From positions 1 to 64,000 of the forward strand of contig BTVJ01000012.1 in the NCBI GenBank assembly GCA_045863395.1: a stretch of 64,000 bases of DNA, in the 5' to 3' direction. The notes under the pieces were generated by a model. The model was not told the DNA's origin. It did not search any database and worked only from the letters and a program-made list of their open reading frames with translations. Below, piece by piece: positions 39,104 to 48,644 of this stretch (position 1 is its first letter; each line of letters opens with the position of its first letter). The DNA comes from Myxococcales bacterium (lineage in GTDB: Bacteria; Myxococcota_A; UBA9042; JABWCM01; BTVJ01). A program made the translations under genes and the position numbers.

Positions 39104-40624
39104 CTACGCCCACTCCGCCGCGAGGCGCGACGTCAGGTACCGCGACACGGTGATGATCGGCGTCATGGTGTGGCTCGACGCGCTGCTCGGGAACCCCGAC
39201 GAGTCGAAGGCGTAGACCCCTCGCGTGCCGTAGACCTGCCCTGCCGGGTCCGCCGCTCCGGCCCGCGGTGAGGACGCGAAACGCACCGACCCTTGTTGAT
39301 GCGCCGAGAGCAGCGGCGCGGTGGCGGGCAGAAACGGGATACGGTCCACTTGCACGAGGTCCGCCTCGCCGCGGATCACCACCGGGGGCACCACGGGGAC
39401 CACCACCTGCTCCGCCCCGGCCGCGAGGTAGGCCCGCGCCCCGGCCTTGACCGCAGCCCGCAAGCGCTCCTTGTGGTTGTCCTTGTGCTCGTAGTGGATG
39501 CGGGGACGCCCGTCGTCGTGCAGCTCGACGCGCCCGGAGGGCTCGTCCGGGACCAGCAGGAGCGACGCGGCGAGGCGCGGGTACAGCGTCATGAGCCGCT
39601 TCGCCTCGCCTCCGACGAACGGGAGCAGCGACGCGACGATGCCCGGCGTTCCCATGACCCCCTCGATGCGGAAGCCCCACAGCCCGTGGTCCGGGTCGTC
39701 GTCCCGCTCGAACTCGGTGAGGGCATAGGACTGGGGGATGCCCTCGAACGGGCGCACCTGCTCGCGGAACAGGGCCACGAGCGGGAGCTGGGGCTGGAGC
39801 ATCAGGTGCCGCCCCACCTGCTCGTTGCCGATGCCCGAGCGCAGCAGGAGCTGCGCCGTACCCACCGCGTTGGCCGCGATGACGACCACGCGCGCCCTCA
39901 CGGTCAGCCCGCCCCGCTCGTGGTAGCCCCTCGCGTCCAGCGCGCGGACCCGCACCCGCTTGAGCTCTGCGCTCGAATCGTCGATGCGCACCGCCCGCGC
40001 CCGGGTGAAGAAGCGCGCGCCGGCGGCAATGGCCGCAGGGATGGCCACGAAGCGCGGCCCCTGCTTCGCATCGACGGGGCAGCCGATGAGGCAGGTGCCG
40101 AGCCCCACACACCCGACCCGGTTGTGCATCATGACCTCGCCGCGCCACCCGTGGGCCTCCGCCCCGGCGCGGAGCAGGCCGTTGGCGCGGTTGACCATGT
40201 CCTCGGGGATGCGCGAGGCCCGCAGGTCCGCGAGCGCCGCCTCCACGTGGGGGCGCAGGGCGGCCTCCGTGAGATCCGTGAGCCCGTGGGCGCGGCGCCA
40301 GTGGGCCAGGACCCCCGCGGGGATGGGCACCACGTCGCCCATGTTGATGGCGGGGCCGCCCCCCAGCGCCCTCCCCTGCAGGACCGAGATGGCCAGATCA
40401 TCGGTCGCCCTGCCGCCCCGGTCCATGTAGAGCTGGTCGTACATGGCGGCCTCGCGCTGGGTGAGGCGGTCGCCCGTCAGGTCGCCGCCCTCCTCCAGCA
40501 CGATGACGTCCCGCCCTGCCTCCGCCAGCAGCCGGGCTGCCGTGCCGCCCCCGCAGCCCGATCCGACGACGCAGACCTCGCATGTGAGGTCGCCAGGCTC
40601 GGCGCTGGACAGGTCGACGATCAC
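39104..40624 (-). CDS. GMC family flavoprotein oxidoreductase
   Basis: VVGSGCGGG, GRALGGG, CxGxGxCxxGC, SAHQQG; GTGA overlap. Confidence 0.9.
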   Translation of the reverse strand: MIVDLSSAEPGDLTCEVCVVGSGCGGGTAARLLAEAGRDVIVLEEGGDLTGDRLTQREAAMYDQLYMDRGGRATDDLAISVLQGRALGGGPAINMGDVVPIPAGVLAHWRRAHGLTDLTEAALRPHVEAALADLRASRIPEDMVNRANGLLRAGAEAHGWRGEVMMHNRVGCVGLGTCLIGCPVDAKQGPRFVAIPAAIAAGARFFTRARAVRIDDSSAELKRVRVRALDARGYHERGGLTVRARVVVIAANAVGTAQLLLRSGIGNEQVGRHLMLQPQLPLVALFREQVRPFEGIPQSYALTEFERDDDPDHGLWGFRIEGVMGTPGIVASLLPFVGGEAKRLMTLYPRLAASLLLVPDEPSGRVELHDDGRPRIHYEHKDNHKERLRAAVKAGARAYLAAGAEQVVVPVVPPVVIRGEADLVQVDRIPFLPATAPLLSAHQQGSVRFASSPRAGAADPAGQVYGTRGVYAFDSSGFPSSASSHTMTPIITVSRYLTSRLAAEWA

Positions 40625-41163
40625 GCGACGGGCCCCCCGTAGCCGAGGCGCGGCCACACCGCGGGCTGGTCATAGAAGACGAGGTACAGGAACTTGCGGA
40701 AGGCGACGGCCACCTTGCGCCGGGTCAGGCTGTCGCTGGTCATCCACCCCTCGAAGTGGGTGAGGCGCTCCTCCGGCGTGAGGTTCGAGAAGGTGCGGAA
40801 CCGGAGGTCGTAGAGCACGGGCCCGAACTCCAGCAGGTGGAGGGCCATCGCCAGATCGCTCTGGTTCTGCTCGGGCTCGTCGGCGAGGTACCCATCGAAG
40901 AGCCGGGCCATGTCGATGGTGCTCGCCCCCTCGGGGAAGGCGCCGCCATCGGGGAGGACCACGTGGGCGAGAGCGGTCAGCGTGCGGTAGCCGTGGTCCG
41001 AGAGGACGGTGAGGCCGTCGACGCTCGGGGCGCACCCACGCAGCGCCAGCAAGGACCCGCCCGTGGCGCCGGCCAGCGCCGTGACGCCGGCCAATCCCCG
41101 AAGCGTCCACTTCAGGAAGCGCCGCCGCGTCAGCCCTTGCGGGGTCCACGCTCCACCAGACAT
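40621..41163 (-). CDS. Tat-signal partner subunit (gluconate 2-dehydrogenase subunit 3-like)
   Basis: TRRRFLK twin-arginine motif; C-terminal FY...W..LGYGGP; coupled to the GMC gene. Confidence 0.75.
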   Translation of the reverse strand: MSGGAWTPQGLTRRRFLKWTLRGLAGVTALAGATGGSLLALRGCAPSVDGLTVLSDHGYRTLTALAHVVLPDGGAFPEGASTIDMARLFDGYLADEPEQNQSDLAMALHLLEFGPVLYDLRFRTFSNLTPEERLTHFEGWMTSDSLTRRKVAVAFRKFLYLVFYDQPAVWPRLGYGGPVA

Positions 41164-41284
41164 CCACCACCTCCGTGCGGGGCATGGTGCATGGCGCCGA
41201 GGGGAGCGTCAACGGTAGAGCGAGGGGCATCGAAGTCGGATCGGCCGGCACACCTGCGACAGCCCCCCAAGGGCCCTCGGCGCC

Positions 41285-42259
41285 TCAGTACGCCGAGGCG
41301 CGGCGCAGCGGCGTCACCTTTCCACCCTTGTCCGCCTTCTCGTCCTTCTTGCCCGTGACGATGGCGACGCTGGCGCTGGCGCCGATGCGGGTCGCGCCGG
41401 CCTCGATCATCTTCTTGGCGTCGTCGGTGGTGCGGACGCCGCCCGACGCCTTGACCTCCATCTCTGCCCCCACCACCTGCCGCATGAGCCGCACGTCCTC
41501 GACCGTGGCCCCGCCGGGGCCGAAGCCGGTGGACGTCTTGACGAAGGCGGCGCCCGCCACCTTGGAGAGGGCGCAGGAGATGATCTTCTCTTCCTGGTCG
41601 AGGCCCCCCGTCTCCAGGATGACCTTCACCGGGTGCGGGCGCGACGCCTCGACCACCTGCTGGATGTCGTCGAGGACGGTCGCGTAGTCCCGCGACTTGA
41701 GGGCCCCGATGTTGATGACCATGTCGATCTCGGTGGCGCCGTCCCGGATGGCCTCCTTGGCCTCGAAGGCCTTGGCCCGGGCGCTGGTCGCCCCGAGGGG
41801 GAAGCCCACGACCGTGCACACGCCCACGCTGCTCCCGCGGAGCTGCCCGGCGCAGTAGCGCACGTTGGAGGGGTTCACGCACACCGTCGCGAACTGGAAC
41901 TGCCGCGCCTCGGCGCACAGCTTGGCGAGCTGGTCCCGCGTCGCGTCGGCCTTGAGGAGCGTGTGATCGATGTGGCGCGCCAGATCGTGGTCCACCGCGC
42001 CGATGTCCGGGGCAGCTCCGACCCGTGCGGCGCCGTTCTGGACGATGGCGCGCACGTCCACGGGGCGCCGCCGAGCGCTCCACCCGCAGCCCGTGCACTC
42101 GTGCTTTCCCGCCTTGCAGGGCCCGTCCCCATGGCCGTGGCCATGGCCGTGGGCGGGCGCTGCCTTGCCGGTCAGCTGCGCCTTGACGCGCTCCGCGATG
42201 ACCTCGACGAGGCGGTCCATGTCTCCGCCCTGGTCTCCCTGCGAACCCCGCTGCGACAT
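41285..42259 (-). CDS. deoC: Deoxyribose-phosphate aldolase with N-terminal extension
   Basis: IDHTLLK, VVGFPLG, EIDMVIN, KVILET, FVKTSTGF, KASGGVR, RIGAS. Alternative start 42220. Confidence 0.95.
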   Translation of the reverse strand: MSQRGSQGDQGGDMDRLVEVIAERVKAQLTGKAAPAHGHGHGHGDGPCKAGKHECTGCGWSARRRPVDVRAIVQNGAARVGAAPDIGAVDHDLARHIDHTLLKADATRDQLAKLCAEARQFQFATVCVNPSNVRYCAGQLRGSSVGVCTVVGFPLGATSARAKAFEAKEAIRDGATEIDMVINIGALKSRDYATVLDDIQQVVEASRPHPVKVILETGGLDQEEKIISCALSKVAGAAFVKTSTGFGPGGATVEDVRLMRQVVGAEMEVKASGGVRTTDDAKKMIEAGATRIGASASVAIVTGKKDEKADKGGKVTPLRRASAY

Positions 42260-42261
42260 GC

Positions 42262-44613
42262 TCAGTCCTCCAGGTGCTTGGCGATGGCCGAGACGGTCGC
42301 CCCGGGCTGCTCCACGAAGGGCCAGTGCCCCGCGTCGTCGATGGTGCGAAGGCTGAGCCTCGGGTTCGCCCGGGCCAGCTCCTTGAGCTCTGAGACCTCG
42401 GAGGCCGGAAGCCCGGTGCTCCCGACGAGCATGAGCAGGGGCGCCGAGGCACCCCGCAGCACATCTCGAAGGTCGTAGTCTCCCCAGGCAGCAGAGATAC
42501 GGGCGGCCGCCGCCAGGTCCGGCCGCGCCTCCACCTCGATGAGCGGGAGCCAGCTCGTTGCCGCCAGGAACGCCGGCAGCAAGAGCCGCCCCGTGTACGC
42601 CTGGAGCGCCGCCGGGTCGTAGCGCCAGCCCTCGGCCCGCAGCGCCGCCAGGTCTCCTCGCCAGGGCTCGGCGAGGCGCTGCTCGGCGGCCCCCAGACGC
42701 GCGGCGCCCTGGCTGGCCGGCACGCCCGTGGACATCAGGACGACCCGCCTCACCCGCTCGGGGTGCGCGCGAAGGTACGCGAGCGCCACCACTCCCCCGA
42801 AGCCGTGCCCCAGCAGGTCCATCTTGTCCAGGCCCAGCGACGACCGCAGGGCCTCCAGGTCGGCGAGGTCCGTCTCCGGCGTGAACCCGTCGAGCTGCGC
42901 GATGCTCCCGTCGGGCCCCACGCCACGCCGATCATAGGTGATCAGCCGCAGGTCGGAGGCGAGGGGGTCCAGGTCGGGCACGAGCACCGCCGAGTCGAAG
43001 CCCGGGCCGTCGTGGAGCACCACGAGCGGGTGGCCCTCGCCGAGCGAACGCCAGCGCAGGCGAGCGCCGCCCACGTCCACCGTCCCCTCCCGGGAGGTCT
43101 CCGTCTTCGTGAGCGCCCGCCGCTCGACCCGCTGGGCCATGGAGGCCACCCAGTCCGCCCACCCGGACGCCGAACGCTCGCCGGACTCGCCGGAGAGGCG
43201 TGAGAGGGTGTGCCGCGCGGCGGAGCGGACCTCCTCGTTGTTCATCTGAAGGGCCGCAGCGATGGCGGGCACCTGGGCAGGGGCCCCGAGATCCGCCAGG
43301 GCCCGCAGCGCCACCACCCGCACCTGGGCGTCCTCGTACTGGGCCATCTTCTCGAGCAGCGGAAGCGCAGCGCTGGCGCCCATGCGGTGGAGCGCCACGA
43401 CGGCCCGGACGCGGACCGAGGGCTCCGCGTCCCGCTCTGCGATGTCCAGCAGGGCGGGCACCAGCTCCCCGGCGGCGACGGCCGCCACCTGCTCGATGGC
43501 GTCCTCCCGCAGCTTCTGCACCCGCGAGCCCATCATGGCCTGGAAGGCGGGAACGATCTCTGGCCCTGGGTGCTGCGCCAGGATCTTGAGCGCGTCCTGA
43601 GGGGCGTCGAGCTTGCCGGAGACGACCAGATCGGCGACGGCCCGCACGATGGTCGGATCATCCGCGGCGATCAGCAGGTCGCGGACCAGCGCGGCCACCT
43701 CGGGCTTCTTGAAGCGCAGCGCGTCGACGAGATGGGGGGTAGCCCGGGTCCCGAGGCCGCGCAGCGCCTGGACCGCGCCCCCCAAGCGCGCCATGTCGCC
43801 GGTCTTCACGATGAGGCTCAGCGGCGAGACCGCCGGCTCACCCACCTTGATGAGCGAGTCCACCGCCACGGCGCGCTGATCGTCGCGGCTCAGCGCCTCC
43901 ACCAGCGGCGCAACCACCTCGGTGCTGCCGATCTCGCCGAGCGCCCACAGCATGGAGCGGCGGGCCGGCAGGTTCTCGGCGCTCGCCCGGTTCAGCTCCT
44001 CGCGGAGCGCCAACATGATGGGTGTCGCGAAGTCCTGGCGCGGGAGCTCCCCGAGGGAGCGGGCGGCAGCGTCCCGGGTGCGCGGCCCGCCGGTGCGCAG
44101 GGCGTCGAGCGCCACGTTGGTAGCGCCGGACAGGCGCCGCTCGCCGATGAGGCGCACCACCCGGGCGCGGGCGGCGTCATCCTTCAGCGCGGCGCCCGCC
44201 AGGGGCACGAGCCGGCTCGACGCCTCCTCGGGCTCCAGCCGGACCACCGTGTCGGCCAGGGACGGCTCGTGGGTGGGGCTCTTGAGCAGCTCCTTGAGCA
44301 GCCCCTCGGCGGCGCCGCCAAAAGCCAGGGCCGTCCGCGCGGTCTGCTCGCCGACCACCGCGTCCTTGCGACCGCGCTTCCACCACGCGGCGAGCGCCTT
44401 GAGGCCGTCGGCGCCGTGTGCGGGCAGGCTCTGGAGGCCAAGGTCGCGGGTCCCCGGCTTGGCCAGCGCCTTGACGGCGTCCTTGAGCGGGAGCGCCGAG
44501 GGAGTCGGGGCCGTGGCCTCCTCGGCGCGCTGGGGCAGCGCGTCTGGCGCAGGCTGCGCCAGAGCCGCGGTCGCCAGGGACACGAGGAGCAGGCCGACGA
44601 GGTGTGAACGCAT
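42262..44613 (-). CDS. Secreted HEAT-repeat + alpha/beta-hydrolase-fold fusion
   Basis: Signal peptide, HEAT repeats, then HDGPG, YDRRGVG, LLGHGFGG, DAGHWPFVE; TTGACA-18-TAGCGT upstream. Confidence 0.85.
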   Translation of the reverse strand: MRSHLVGLLLVSLATAALAQPAPDALPQRAEEATAPTPSALPLKDAVKALAKPGTRDLGLQSLPAHGADGLKALAAWWKRGRKDAVVGEQTARTALAFGGAAEGLLKELLKSPTHEPSLADTVVRLEPEEASSRLVPLAGAALKDDAARARVVRLIGERRLSGATNVALDALRTGGPRTRDAAARSLGELPRQDFATPIMLALREELNRASAENLPARRSMLWALGEIGSTEVVAPLVEALSRDDQRAVAVDSLIKVGEPAVSPLSLIVKTGDMARLGGAVQALRGLGTRATPHLVDALRFKKPEVAALVRDLLIAADDPTIVRAVADLVVSGKLDAPQDALKILAQHPGPEIVPAFQAMMGSRVQKLREDAIEQVAAVAAGELVPALLDIAERDAEPSVRVRAVVALHRMGASAALPLLEKMAQYEDAQVRVVALRALADLGAPAQVPAIAAALQMNNEEVRSAARHTLSRLSGESGERSASGWADWVASMAQRVERRALTKTETSREGTVDVGGARLRWRSLGEGHPLVVLHDGPGFDSAVLVPDLDPLASDLRLITYDRRGVGPDGSIAQLDGFTPETDLADLEALRSSLGLDKMDLLGHGFGGVVALAYLRAHPERVRRVVLMSTGVPASQGAARLGAAEQRLAEPWRGDLAALRAEGWRYDPAALQAYTGRLLLPAFLAATSWLPLIEVEARPDLAAAARISAAWGDYDLRDVLRGASAPLLMLVGSTGLPASEVSELKELARANPRLSLRTIDDAGHWPFVEQPGATVSAIAKHLED

Positions 44614-44858
44614 GCGGGCGCCTCCCTGAGTTGCGCGACGGAGCACCGGAAGCGCGCCAACGCTAAGGGATCCCCGGCGTTCGTGTCAACGTGAAGGGTG
44701 AGCGCCTCGCTGCTTGCGCGGCGGCGGGGGCCGTCCTATGATGCGGCGCCCGTGACGGAGGCGACGCCGCTGCCCGCCCGTGCCAGGACGAACGAACACC
44801 CGGGCCAGGAACCCACCGAAGGAGCGCCTGGCCCCCCATAGTGTAAGGAGGAGGTCCC

Positions 44859-46115
44859 ATGACTCGCACGCTCGTCGCGGTCGCCATCGCAGCCCTGCTC
44901 GCGGCTCCGGTCGCCGCCGGCCCCAAGGAGGACAAGGCCTACGCCGCCGCCGTCGCGAAGGCAAAGGCCGCCCAGGAGGCCGGCAAGCACGAGGCGGCGC
45001 TCGCCGAGCTCGAGAAGGCCTTTGCCGCGAAGCCCGAGCCCGAGCTGGGGCTCTGGCGGGCGACCAGCTACCTGGGCCTCGGCAACGCGGAGCAGGCGCT
45101 CAAGGAGCTGAACGTGGTGCGCTCCCAGCTCCCGGGCGACCTCAAGGGCGCCGCCGACGACCTGTGGAAGCGCGCCGCCACCGCCCACGGTCCCATGGAG
45201 CTCAACGTCAAGTCCAACACCGAGGCGACGCTGGCGGTAGACGGCGCGGCGGTGGGCAAGGCGCCGGGGGCCGCGAAGGTCGAGGCCGGCGAGCACACCG
45301 TCACGGTGTCGAAGGACGGCTGGTCCACCTTCACGACGACGGTCTTCGTCGCTCCGGGCCTCCCCAACATGGTCGACGCGAAGCTGTCGCAGCAGAAGGC
45401 GGCGCTCACCCTGGAGACGGACACGGACGGCGTCGTCGCGGTGGTCGAAGGCCAGAAGTACGCCCTCGCCATCGGCAAGCCCGTCACGGTGGAGCGTGGG
45501 CTCGGGGTCGTGAGCGTAGACTTCTACGTGGGCGACGCCAAGGTGATGACGAGCAGCACGAGCGTCACCGGGTCCGGCGGCACGGCGTCCTACACGGGCT
45601 TCGGCAAGCTGGCCATCGCGGCGCCCGCGGGCCGCACGCTCAAGGTCAAGGTCGCGGACAAGACGCACACGGTGAGCGCGGGCGCTGACCCCATCACTCT
45701 GGCGGCAGGCGAGTACGACGTCGAGATCACGAGCGACGGCATGACGCCCACCACCGGCAAGGTGACCATCGAGCGCGGCCGCACGCTGAAGGTGGAGCCC
45801 GTGGTCGACGAGCTGCCCGACCTCAGCGAGCAGCAGACCCACGGGTGGATCGCGTTCGGCACGGGCGTCGGGCTCATCGTGGCGACCATCATCATCGACC
45901 AGACCGTAGACTTCGACGATCCGACCACCCGCGACGCCCTGGAGTGGAGCATGGCGGGCGTCGGCGGCTCGCTGACCATCCTCGGGGGCATTCTCCTGAA
46001 GGATGCCTGGGACTCCACCAAGTCCCCCGAGACGAAGAGCGTGGTCTACCCGACCTCCGTCGGCGTTGCCCCCGTCGAGGGCGGCGCCATGGTGTCGGGC
46101 GGCATCTCGTTCTAG
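44859..46115 (+). CDS. TPR + PEGA domain protein
   Basis: Signal peptide, TPR-like helices, VDG...GKAP...GEHTVTVSKDGW, C-terminal TM hairpin; AAGGAGGAGG RBS. Confidence 0.85.
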   Translation: MTRTLVAVAIAALLAAPVAAGPKEDKAYAAAVAKAKAAQEAGKHEAALAELEKAFAAKPEPELGLWRATSYLGLGNAEQALKELNVVRSQLPGDLKGAADDLWKRAATAHGPMELNVKSNTEATLAVDGAAVGKAPGAAKVEAGEHTVTVSKDGWSTFTTTVFVAPGLPNMVDAKLSQQKAALTLETDTDGVVAVVEGQKYALAIGKPVTVERGLGVVSVDFYVGDAKVMTSSTSVTGSGGTASYTGFGKLAIAAPAGRTLKVKVADKTHTVSAGADPITLAAGEYDVEITSDGMTPTTGKVTIERGRTLKVEPVVDELPDLSEQQTHGWIAFGTGVGLIVATIIIDQTVDFDDPTTRDALEWSMAGVGGSLTILGGILLKDAWDSTKSPETKSVVYPTSVGVAPVEGGAMVSGGISF

Positions 46116-46129
46116 GCGACGGCGCCGCG

Positions 46130-46600
46130 ATGATCGATGAGCTCGCCTGCGACCTCGTCTTCGAGCGCCTGTGGGTGGGCCGCTACCCGCACTCGCCCGA
46201 GCACGTGGACGCCCTGCAGCGCATGGGCGTGAGCGCCGTCTTGAACCTCCAGTCGGACGAGGATCTGCTCGATCGCGGCGTGAGCTGGCCCGCGCTGTGG
46301 GGCCTCTACACGGCGAGGGGCATCACGGTGGAGCGGGTGCCCATCCTGGACTTCTCCCGGCGTGACCTCCAGAAACATCTGACGGCCGCGGTGGATCGAC
46401 TCCAGGCGCTCCACCGCCAGGGGCGCACCGTCTACCTCCACTGCAACGCGGGCCTCAACCGCTCCCCCACGGTGGCCATCGCGTGGCTGGTCGCCCACCA
46501 GGGCCTCGAGCCCGCTGCAGCCCATGCACACGTAGAGGAGCGCCACCACTGCATCCCCTATCTGGACGTGGTCGAGCGGTGGCGCAAGAAGGGGCGGTAG
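46130..46600 (+). CDS. Dual-specificity phosphatase (laforin/SEX4-like)
   Basis: VYLHCNAGLNRS CX5R loop, SAVLNLQ, PILDF. Confidence 0.85.
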   Translation: MIDELACDLVFERLWVGRYPHSPEHVDALQRMGVSAVLNLQSDEDLLDRGVSWPALWGLYTARGITVERVPILDFSRRDLQKHLTAAVDRLQALHRQGRTVYLHCNAGLNRSPTVAIAWLVAHQGLEPAAAHAHVEERHHCIPYLDVVERWRKKGR

Positions 46601-46676
46601 TCCACCAGCCGGTGTGGGGCCCGTCGGTCGCTGTCCCAGATCCGCCGGGGCGCTTGGATCGACGCCCGGAAGGTGC

Positions 46677-46706
46677 TTGACGGCCGCACCGATGCAACGT
46701 TAGTCT
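46677..46706 (+). promoter_or_regulatory. Putative sigma70 promoter of the FHA-TetR pair
   Basis: TTGACG-18bp-TAGTCT. Confidence 0.5.
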
Positions 46707-46737
46707 CCGCCAGACTTTTCCTGCCAGGAGGTGGGCC

Positions 46738-47937
46738 GTGCACCAGGTCGAGGTTCACGTCGAGGGCGAGAACATCGGGGCACTCGCGACGCCGTTCACG
46801 GTGGGGCGGGATCCCGAGTGTGACGTCATACTCCCCGACTCGTCGGTGTCCCGCCGGCACCTCAAGGTGACCCTGACCGGCTCGGGCCTTCTGCTGGAGG
46901 ACATGGGGTCGTCCAACGGGACGTGGCTCGACGGCCGGCGCATCACCCGCGAGGTGGTGCCGACGGGGCAGTCCTTCGTGGTTGGCCGGGTGTCCATGGC
47001 GCTGCGTGCCCTGGAGGCCGGATCCACGGCCGCCCCCTACGTCCCACCGCGGGCCAACGGCGACGGGGCCCAGCGCATGAACACCCTGGCGGTGGACATC
47101 CCCCAGGGCTACTTCGATCCGGCCCCCCCTCCCATGAGGACCTTCGACTGCCCGGGCTGCGGCCGCAAGCTGCGGTGTGCGACGCGCACCAAGCGGGTCA
47201 AGTGTCGCAACTGTGACGAGATCATCCGCTTCGAGGGCGAGAAGCCGCTCCTCGAGCGCCTGATCGCGGCGCCACCGTCGGCCCCCCCTCCGCCAGCCCA
47301 CGTCCAGCGGCCCCACGCGCCGCCGGCACCTCCTGCACCGCCGGCTGCCCCGCAGTCCGCGCCGCCGCACCAGGCTGCCTACGCTGCGCCTCAGGCGGCG
47401 CCCCAGCCGCCGAGGCAGCAGGTTGCCCCGGCACCTGCACCCATCGCGCCCGAGCCGCGAGAGGCCCTGGTGCCCCAGCGCCCCCTCGGGCAGCCAGGCG
47501 GCACCACCGGCTGGGTGGAGCCCCGAGCGGACCTGGGCCGCCCGCAGCACCGGGAGGACCCCTACGGGGCACGCAGCGGCTACTTCCCGGCGGGCACTTC
47601 GGCCGAGCCCAGCATCCTCCAGACGCTCCCCCAGGCGAGCGGTGGCAAGGCGGCCCTGGGCGTGCTGGTCGTCGGCGCAGGCATCGCCGCGGTCAGCATG
47701 TTCATCTACATCGCTGGCGTCGACCGCATGCTGCCGTTCATCATCATCGGCTGCGTGCTCGCGCTCGCGGGCTTCGTGTACGCCGCGGCAGCCTGGATCC
47801 GCAGCAGCGGTGGCGGCGGGCGCTCGGGCGGCACCGCCGAGGAGCGCCTGCACCGCCTGAACCGGCTGCGCGGGGAGAACCTGATCAGCGACGAGGAGTA
47901 CCAGATCCGCCGCCGCGACATCCTGCGAGACCTGTAG
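46738..47937 (+). CDS. FHA + zinc-ribbon + Pro-rich + 2TM + SHOCT-like protein
   Basis: VGR...VSRRH...DMGSSNGT; CPGC/CRNC; LNRLRGENLISDEEY. Confidence 0.85.
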   Translation: MHQVEVHVEGENIGALATPFTVGRDPECDVILPDSSVSRRHLKVTLTGSGLLLEDMGSSNGTWLDGRRITREVVPTGQSFVVGRVSMALRALEAGSTAAPYVPPRANGDGAQRMNTLAVDIPQGYFDPAPPPMRTFDCPGCGRKLRCATRTKRVKCRNCDEIIRFEGEKPLLERLIAAPPSAPPPPAHVQRPHAPPAPPAPPAAPQSAPPHQAAYAAPQAAPQPPRQQVAPAPAPIAPEPREALVPQRPLGQPGGTTGWVEPRADLGRPQHREDPYGARSGYFPAGTSAEPSILQTLPQASGGKAALGVLVVGAGIAAVSMFIYIAGVDRMLPFIIIGCVLALAGFVYAAAAWIRSSGGGGRSGGTAEERLHRLNRLRGENLISDEEYQIRRRDILRDL

Positions 47938-47940
47938 GAC

Positions 47941-48597
47941 TTGGACGAGGCAGAGACACCCACGCCCGACGAGCCCACCGACGGACGCGTGCGGCGCGCC
48001 CGCGCGCTCCGGGAGGAGCGCCGCTCCCAGATCCTCGACGCCACGCGCAGGGTCTTTGCGGCAAAGGGCTACCACGCCGGGTCCATCAAGGACATCATCG
48101 ACACCGCCGGTATCGCCCGCGGCACCTTCTACCTGCACTTCGAGGGGAAGCGCGCCGTCCTCGACGCGCTGCTCGACCAGTTTCTGGAGCAGCTCCGCGG
48201 CATGGTCCGCCGGGTGGACGTCACCTCTCCCATCCCCGCCGAGGAGCAGCTCCTCGACAACGTGACCCGCGTCATCTCCACCTTCGTAGCCAACGACGAC
48301 CTGACCCGCATCCTGCTCCGGGAGGCGGTGGGCCTGGACGTGGAGTTCGACCAGAAGCTGACCCACTTCTACGCCCGGGTCCTCGACCTGGTGCAGCGCT
48401 CCATCCGCACGGGCATGGCCCTCGGGTTGGTCCGCCCGGTGGACTCCCGCCTCGCCGCCTTCTGCGTCCTCGGTGGTTTGAAGGAGGTCATCGTCCAGCT
48501 CATGGAGGCCGGCGGCCCGCCGCCCGACGCGCGGGAGCTCGCTCGCGCGGTGCTGGACCTGAACCTGCGGGGGCTCCTGGTGCCGACGGTGCGATAG
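47941..48597 (+). CDS. TetR/AcrR family regulator
   Basis: ILDATRRVFAAKGY...AGIARGTFYLHFEGK. Confidence 0.92.
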   Translation: MDEAETPTPDEPTDGRVRRARALREERRSQILDATRRVFAAKGYHAGSIKDIIDTAGIARGTFYLHFEGKRAVLDALLDQFLEQLRGMVRRVDVTSPIPAEEQLLDNVTRVISTFVANDDLTRILLREAVGLDVEFDQKLTHFYARVLDLVQRSIRTGMALGLVRPVDSRLAAFCVLGGLKEVIVQLMEAGGPPPDARELARAVLDLNLRGLLVPTVR

Positions 48598-48644
48598 GCG
48601 CCCGGAGCTCGACAACCCGTGTCGGGGCCCCAGGGCGTTGCCCC

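Noticed and set aside
42125..42155. HGHGHG tract as a second His-rich precursor
   Set aside because: It is a linker within the DeoC N-terminal extension and lacks HxS periodicity.
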